A DNA stretch of 64,000 nucleotides from Escherichia coli. GTDB taxonomy: Bacteria > Pseudomonadota > Gammaproteobacteria > Enterobacterales > Enterobacteriaceae. The DNA lies in NCBI RefSeq assembly GCF_003991155.1, contig NZ_CP031293.1; one strand, 5' to 3'. The position numbers were made by a program, and so were the translations under genes. The notes under the pieces are model-generated. The model searched no databases and was not told the DNA's origin. It saw nothing but the letters and a program-made list of their open reading frames with translations. This document shows, piece after piece, positions 58,698 through 64,000 of this stretch. How positions within the stretch are numbered: the first letter of the stretch is position 1; every line of letters begins with the position of its first letter.

Positions 58698-59560
58698 CGC
58701 TGTGTCTCCAGCCAGTTCAGCCACTGGTCCATCCCTTCGCCGCTGGTGGCGGAAATAAGGATGATTTCAATTTCTGGATTGACTTCGCGGGCGCAGGCGA
58801 TGCACTTCTCAACGTCAAAGTTGAGATACGGCAGCAGGTCAACTTTGTTGAGCAGCATCAGTGAGGCGGCGGCAAACATATGTGGATATTTCAGCGGTTT
58901 GTCTTCACCTTCGGTAACGGAAAGCACCGCCACTTTGTGTTTTTCACCGAGATCGAAGCTCGCCGGACATACGAGGTTGCCAACGTTTTCGATAAACAGA
59001 ATACCGTTATCGTCCAGTGGCAGGCGCGGCGCGGCGTCGGCGATCATCTGTGCGTCAAGATGGCAACCTTTACCGGTATTCACCTGAATCGCTGGCGTGC
59101 CGGTAGCGCGAATGCGCGCGGCATCGTTCACGGTTTGCTGGTCGCCTTCAATCACCGCACACGGAACGCTATCTTTCAGGCGCATTAAGGTTTCCGTCAG
59201 CAGGGTGGTTTTACCGGAACCAGGGCTGGAAACCAGGTTGAGCACCAGTTGCTTGCGGGCAGCAAAGCGCGCGCGGTTGCGTTCAGCCAGACGGTTATTT
59301 TTGTCCAGCACGTCAATTTCGACTTCCAGCATCCGACGCTGGCTCATGCCCGGCGCGTGAGTGCCCGCTTCGCCATGACCGTAATGCAGGTCGCCTTCTT
59401 CAGTCTGGCTGGGGGTAAATTCAGGCGTTTTAATGCCGGTGATTTTCATCTTCGGGCGTGCCGCCGGGGCAAATGGCGCGCTACGAAACGCGGAATGAGG
59501 GTTATGTTCATCACCCTCGATATACAGGTTGCCTTCACCGCAACCGCATGTTGTACACAT
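58688..59560 (-). CDS. hypB: hydrogenase nickel incorporation GTPase HypB
   Basis: 290 aa; N-terminal [10 protein letters not shown] metal site, His-rich stretch, P-loop GSGKTT. Confidence 0.95.
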   Translation of the reverse strand: MCTTCGCGEGNLYIEGDEHNPHSAFRSAPFAPAARPKMKITGIKTPEFTPSQTEEGDLHYGHGEAGTHAPGMSQRRMLEVEIDVLDKNNRLAERNRARFAARKQLVLNLVSSPGSGKTTLLTETLMRLKDSVPCAVIEGDQQTVNDAARIRATGTPAIQVNTGKGCHLDAQMIADAAPRLPLDDNGILFIENVGNLVCPASFDLGEKHKVAVLSVTEGEDKPLKYPHMFAAASLMLLNKVDLLPYLNFDVEKCIACAREVNPEIEIILISATSGEGMDQWLNWLETQRCA

Positions 59561-59563
59561 CGC

Positions 59564-59914
59564 TCACTCCTGGTCTATTTCTATCCGCCGAATCTGTAAA
59601 CCGTCGTCTGCCACAATCTGTAGCATATCACCATGACACTGTGGACAGCGGCGGACGCGCTGGGTCAGTAGCGTCACATACTGTTGGCATGTTTCACACC
59701 AGCATTCGGCCTCTTGTTCTTCGAGGTGCAGTTTACAACCTTCCGCCACGCTGCCGCGGCAAACCAGATCAAAACAAAAGGCAAGAGAGCTGGTTTCGAC
59801 ACAAGAAAATGCGCCAATTTTGAGCCAGACCCCAGTTACGCGTTTTGCGCCGTGTTTTGCGGCCTGCTGTTCGATCAATTCCAGTGCCCGTTGGCAGAGG
59901 GTTATTTCGTGCAT
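59564..59914 (-). CDS. hypA: hydrogenase nickel insertion protein HypA
   Basis: 116 aa from MHEITLCQ; CxxC...CxxC zinc site; RBS GGGAGG. Confidence 0.93.
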   Translation of the reverse strand: MHEITLCQRALELIEQQAAKHGAKRVTGVWLKIGAFSCVETSSLAFCFDLVCRGSVAEGCKLHLEEQEAECWCETCQQYVTLLTQRVRRCPQCHGDMLQIVADDGLQIRRIEIDQE

Positions 59915-59943
59915 ATCGCCTCCCATTAACTATCGCCAGCTAC

Positions 59944-59961
59944 AAGCAATAATTGTGCCAG
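59944..59961 (-). promoter_or_regulatory. sigma-54 promoter for hyp operon
   Basis: minus-strand reading CTGGCAC-AATTA-TTGCT matches the -24 GG / -12 GC consensus with correct spacing. Confidence 0.7.
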
Positions 59962-60072
59962 TGTTGATTATCCCTGCGGTGAATAATGTCGATGATGTCG
60001 AAATGACACGTCGACACGGCGACGAAATTCATCTTTAGCTTAAAAATCTCTTTAATAACAATAAATTAAAAG

Positions 60073-60089
60073 TTGGCACAGAAAATGCT
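60073..60089 (+). promoter_or_regulatory. sigma-54 promoter for hyc operon
   Basis: TTGGCAC-AGAAA-ATGCT, GG and GC elements 12 nt apart. Confidence 0.7.
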
Positions 60090-60125
60090 TAAAGCTGGCA
60101 TCTCTGTTAAACGGGTAACCTGACA

Positions 60126-60587
60126 ATGACTATTTGGGAAATAAGCGAGAAAGCCGATTACATCGCACAGCGGCATCGTCGCCTACAGGACCAGTGGCAC
60201 ATCTACTGCAATTCGCTGGTTCAGGGGATCACGTTATCGAAAGCGCGCCTGCATCACGCCATGAGTTGCGCGCCGGACAAAGAACTCTGTTTCGTCCTTT
60301 TTGAACATTTTCGTATTTATGTCACCCTGGCGGATGGCTTTAACAGCCACACCATCGAGTATTACGTCGAAACAAAAGATGGTGAAGACAAACAGCGGAT
60401 TGCGCAGGCGCAACTGAGCATTGACGGCATGATTGATGGCAAGGTCAACATCCGCGATCGCGAACAAGTTCTGGAACACTATCTCGAAAAAATCGCTGGC
60501 GTTTACGACAGCTTATATACCGCCATTGAAAACAATGTGCCGGTGAATTTAAGCCAACTGGTAAAGGGACAAAGCCCGGCAGCATGA
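60126..60587 (+). CDS. hycA: formate hydrogenlyase regulatory protein HycA
   Basis: 153 aa; first gene of hyc operon, divergent from hypA. Confidence 0.92.
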   Translation: MTIWEISEKADYIAQRHRRLQDQWHIYCNSLVQGITLSKARLHHAMSCAPDKELCFVLFEHFRIYVTLADGFNSHTIEYYVETKDGEDKQRIAQAQLSIDGMIDGKVNIRDREQVLEHYLEKIAGVYDSLYTAIENNVPVNLSQLVKGQSPAA

Positions 60588-60711
60588 GCTGAGGCTTTGC
60601 CCGTTTTGCAGGCGTTACGCCTGTTTGGGGATGGGCGTGTCGATGAGTGTCGAAAATGACATTTCATCGGCATGTTTTCGTCAAAAATGACAATCACCTG
60701 AGGAATGACTG

Positions 60712-61323
60712 GTGAATCGTTTTGTAATTGCTGACTCCACGCTCTGTATCGGCTGTCACACCTGTGAGGCCGCCTGTTCAGAGACGCATCGCCAGCATGG
60801 GCTGCAATCTATGCCGCGCCTGCGAGTGATGTTGAATGAAAAAGAATCTGCGCCACAACTTTGCCACCACTGTGAAGATGCACCCTGCGCAACGGTCTGC
60901 CCGGTTAACGCCATCACCCGCGTTGATGGGGCTGTGCAGCTAAATGAAAGTCTGTGCGTAAGCTGCAAACTGTGCGGCATCGCCTGCCCGTTTGGCGCAA
61001 TTGAATTTTCCGGCAGCCGTCCGCTGGATATTCCGGCAAACGCCAATACTCCGAAAGCGCCACCGGCACCGCCTGCTCCGGCGCGTGTCAGTACGCTGCT
61101 TGACTGGGTGCCAGGTATTCGCGCGATCGCCGTCAAATGTGACCTTTGCAGTTTTGATGAACAAGGTCCGGCCTGCGTGCGGATGTGCCCGACTAAAGCC
61201 CTGCATCTGGTGGATAACACCGATATCGCCCGCGTCAGCAAACGTAAGCGTGAGCTGACTTTTAACACGGACTTTGGCGATCTCACCTTGTTTCAGCAGG
61301 CTCAAAGTGGAGAGGCTAAATGA
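60712..61323 (+). CDS. hycB: formate hydrogenlyase Fe-S subunit HycB (GTG start)
   Basis: 203 aa; multiple CxxCxxCxxxCP ferredoxin motifs. Confidence 0.93.
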   Translation: MNRFVIADSTLCIGCHTCEAACSETHRQHGLQSMPRLRVMLNEKESAPQLCHHCEDAPCATVCPVNAITRVDGAVQLNESLCVSCKLCGIACPFGAIEFSGSRPLDIPANANTPKAPPAPPAPARVSTLLDWVPGIRAIAVKCDLCSFDEQGPACVRMCPTKALHLVDNTDIARVSKRKRELTFNTDFGDLTLFQQAQSGEAK

Positions 61324-63146
61324 GCGCAATTTCCCTGATCAATAGCGGCGTGGCGTGGTTTGTCGCCGCCGCTGTTCTGGCATTTCTCTTTTCTTTTCAA
61401 AAGGCGCTAAGCGGCTGGATAGCCGGAATTGGCGGCGCGGTGGGTAGTCTGTATACGGCAGCCGCGGGCTTCACTGTACTGACTGGCGCGGTTGGCGTGA
61501 GCGGTGCGCTGTCGCTGGTAAGCTACGATGTGCAAATCTCTCCGCTTAACGCGATTTGGCTGATTACGCTCGGTCTGTGCGGTCTGTTTGTCAGCCTCTA
61601 CAACATTGACTGGCATCGCCACGCGCAGGTGAAGTGCAACGGCTTGCAGATCAATATGTTGATGGCTGCCGCCGTCTGCGCCGTCATTGCCAGCAACCTC
61701 GGCATGTTCGTGGTAATGGCCGAAGTCATGGCCTTGTGTGCGGTGTTCCTCACCAGCAACAGCAAAGAGGGCAAACTGTGGTTTGCGCTGGGGCGTCTTG
61801 GCACTCTGCTGCTGGCGATTGCTTGCTGGCTGCTGTGGCAGCGTTACGGCACGCTGGATCTGCGCCTGCTGGATATGCGCATGCAACAGCTGCCGCTTGG
61901 TTCCGATATCTGGCTGCTCGGTGTGATTGGTTTTGGCCTGCTGGCCGGGATTATCCCGCTGCACGGCTGGGTGCCACAGGCTCATGCTAACGCCTCTGCG
62001 CCAGCTGCCGCGCTGTTTTCCACGGTGGTGATGAAAATTGGCCTGCTGGGTATTTTAACTCTGTCACTGCTGGGCGGTAACGCACCGCTGTGGTGGGGGA
62101 TCGCGCTGCTGGTGCTCGGTATGATCACCGCGTTCGTCGGTGGTCTGTATGCGCTGATGGAGCATAATATCCAACGCCTGCTGGCTTACCACACCCTGGA
62201 AAATATCGGCATTATCCTGCTGGGGCTGGGCGCTGGCGTAACGGGTATCGCGCTCGAACAACCGGCGCTGATTGCCCTTGGTCTGGTCGGTGGTCTGTAC
62301 CATCTGCTTAACCATAGCCTGTTCAAGAGCGTACTGTTCCTTGGTGCGGGGAGCGTCTGGTTCCGTACCGGTCATCGCGATATCGAAAAACTCGGTGGTA
62401 TTGGCAAGAAAATGCCGGTTATCTCCATCGCCATGTTAGTCGGGCTGATGGCAATGGCTGCGCTGCCGCCGCTGAACGGTTTTGCCGGGGAATGGGTTAT
62501 CTATCAATCCTTCTTCAAACTGAGCAATAGTGGCGCGTTTGTTGCCCGTCTTCTCGGGCCGCTGCTCGCCGTGGGGCTGGCAATTACCGGTGCGCTGGCG
62601 GTGATGTGTATGGCGAAAGTCTATGGCGTTACTTTCCTCGGCGCGCCGCGTACCAAAGAAGCCGAAAACGCCACCTGTGCGCCGCTCCTGATGAGCGTAA
62701 GCGTAGTGGCACTGGCGATTTGCTGCGTAATTGGCGGTGTTGCTGCGCCGTGGCTGCTGCCGATGCTCTCTGCTGCTGTACCTCTGCCGCTGGAGCCTGC
62801 TAACACCACCGTTTCTCAACCAATGATCACGTTGCTGCTGATTGCCTGCCCGCTGCTGCCATTCATCATTATGGCGATTTGCAAAGGCGATCGTTTGCCG
62901 TCGCGTTTCCGCGGCGCGGCCTGGGTGTGCGGCTACGACCATGAAAAATCAATGGTGATTACTGCTCACGGTTTTGCCATGCCGGTGAAACAGGCGTTTG
63001 CGCCGGTGCTGAAACTGCGCAAATGGCTGAATCCGGTGTCGCTGGTACCGGGCTGGCAGTGCGAGGGGAGTGCGTTGCTGTTCCGCCGGATGGCGCTGGT
63101 TGAACTGGCGGTGCTGGTGGTGATTATTGTTTCACGAGGAGCCTGA
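61320..63146 (+). CDS. hycC: formate hydrogenlyase membrane subunit HycC (NuoL/MnhA-like)
   Basis: 608 aa polytopic membrane protein. Confidence 0.93.
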   Translation: MSAISLINSGVAWFVAAAVLAFLFSFQKALSGWIAGIGGAVGSLYTAAAGFTVLTGAVGVSGALSLVSYDVQISPLNAIWLITLGLCGLFVSLYNIDWHRHAQVKCNGLQINMLMAAAVCAVIASNLGMFVVMAEVMALCAVFLTSNSKEGKLWFALGRLGTLLLAIACWLLWQRYGTLDLRLLDMRMQQLPLGSDIWLLGVIGFGLLAGIIPLHGWVPQAHANASAPAAALFSTVVMKIGLLGILTLSLLGGNAPLWWGIALLVLGMITAFVGGLYALMEHNIQRLLAYHTLENIGIILLGLGAGVTGIALEQPALIALGLVGGLYHLLNHSLFKSVLFLGAGSVWFRTGHRDIEKLGGIGKKMPVISIAMLVGLMAMAALPPLNGFAGEWVIYQSFFKLSNSGAFVARLLGPLLAVGLAITGALAVMCMAKVYGVTFLGAPRTKEAENATCAPLLMSVSVVALAICCVIGGVAAPWLLPMLSAAVPLPLEPANTTVSQPMITLLLIACPLLPFIIMAICKGDRLPSRFRGAAWVCGYDHEKSMVITAHGFAMPVKQAFAPVLKLRKWLNPVSLVPGWQCEGSALLFRRMALVELAVLVVIIVSRGA

Positions 63147-63148
63147 GA

Positions 63149-64000
63149 ATGAGTGTTTTATATCCGTTAATTCAGGCGCTGGTGCTATTTGCCGTTGCGC
63201 CGCTGCTCTCCGGTATTACCCGCGTAGCGCGCGCCCGTCTGCATAACCGTCGTGGGCCGGGTGTGTTGCAGGAGTATCGCGACATTATCAAACTGCTGGG
63301 GCGTCAGAGCGTTGGCCCGGATGCCTCCGGCTGGGTGTTCCGCCTGACGCCGTATGTGATGGTGGGCGTCATGCTGACTATCGCCACTGCGCTGCCGGTG
63401 GTGACCGTCGGTTCTCCGCTGCCGCAACTGGGCGATTTGATCACCTTACTGTATCTCTTCGCCATCGCGCGTTTCTTCTTTGCCATTTCTGGTCTGGATA
63501 CCGGTAGCCCGTTTACCGCTATCGGCGCGAGCCGTGAAGCGATGCTTGGCGTGTTGGTTGAACCGATGCTGCTGCTTGGTCTGTGGGTCGCCGCACAGGT
63601 TGCCGGTTCCACCAACATCAGCAACATCACCGACACCGTTTATCACTGGCCACTGAGCCAGAGCATCCCGCTGGTGCTGGCGCTTTGTGCCTGTGCGTTC
63701 GCCACTTTTATCGAAATGGGCAAACTGCCGTTCGACCTGGCGGAAGCCGAGCAGGAGTTGCAGGAAGGTCCGCTCTCTGAGTATAGCGGCAGCGGTTTTG
63801 GCGTCATGAAATGGGGCATCAGCCTGAAACAGTTGGTGGTGTTGCAGATGTTCGTCGGGGTGTTTATTCCGTGGGGACAAATGGAAACCTTCACCGTCGG
63901 TGGGCTGCTGCTGGCGCTGGTGATTGCCATCGTCAAACTGGTGGTTGGCGTCCTGGTTATCGCGCTGTTCGAAAACAGCATGGCCCGTCTGCGTCTTGAT
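63149..64000 (+). CDS. hycD: formate hydrogenlyase membrane subunit HycD (NuoH-like), 3' partial at window edge
   Basis: ATG at 63149 with RBS GAGGAG; open frame to window end (MSVLYPLIQALVLFAV...); not in ORF track because no stop in window. Confidence 0.88.
   Translation, partial: MSVLYPLIQALVLFAVAPLLSGITRVARARLHNRRGPGVLQEYRDIIKLLGRQSVGPDASGWVFRLTPYVMVGVMLTIATALPVVTVGSPLPQLGDLITLLYLFAIARFFFAISGLDTGSPFTAIGASREAMLGVLVEPMLLLGLWVAAQVAGSTNISNITDTVYHWPLSQSIPLVLALCACAFATFIEMGKLPFDLAEAEQELQEGPLSEYSGSGFGVMKWGISLKQLVVLQMFVGVFIPWGQMETFTVGGLLLALVIAIVKLVVGVLVIALFENSMARLRLD

Overview
This window is an Escherichia coli-type chromosomal segment (by gene content and order, from memory of K-12) running rlmD(partial)-relA-mazEFG-pyrG-eno ... 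cysJIH-iap-cysDNC-ygbE-ftsB-ispDF-truD-surE-pcm-nlpD-rpoS ... mutS-ygbA-fhlA-hypEDCBA / hycABCD(partial), in the opposite orientation to K-12. The conserved backbone is interrupted by accessory content. (1) Between eno and queE there is a minus-strand operon of a LemA-family gene followed by three tandem TPM-domain paralogs with near-identical Gly/Ser-rich C-termini ending GRW; this is the least characterised system in the window and my top candidate for something new. (2) A complete scrKYABR sucrose PTS regulon with ScrR-type operator palindromes sits between queE and ygcE. (3) The ygc/yqc orphan cluster carries two mirror-image intrinsic terminators in the leaders of its divergent operons, plus a GlpP-family antiterminator gene (ygcP) and a perfect CRP site, suggesting antitermination control. 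(4) The cysH-iap interval has no cas genes or CRISPR array and instead holds a Hok-family type I toxin ORF below the ORF-track size cutoff. (5) The rpoS-mutS interval holds a MarR regulator plus a UbiX/UbiD/small-subunit decarboxylase operon. (6) A stand-alone Mop (di-TOBE) gene lies between ygbA and fhlA. All identifications are from reading the translations and DNA; no database search was run, and comparisons with K-12 are from memory.
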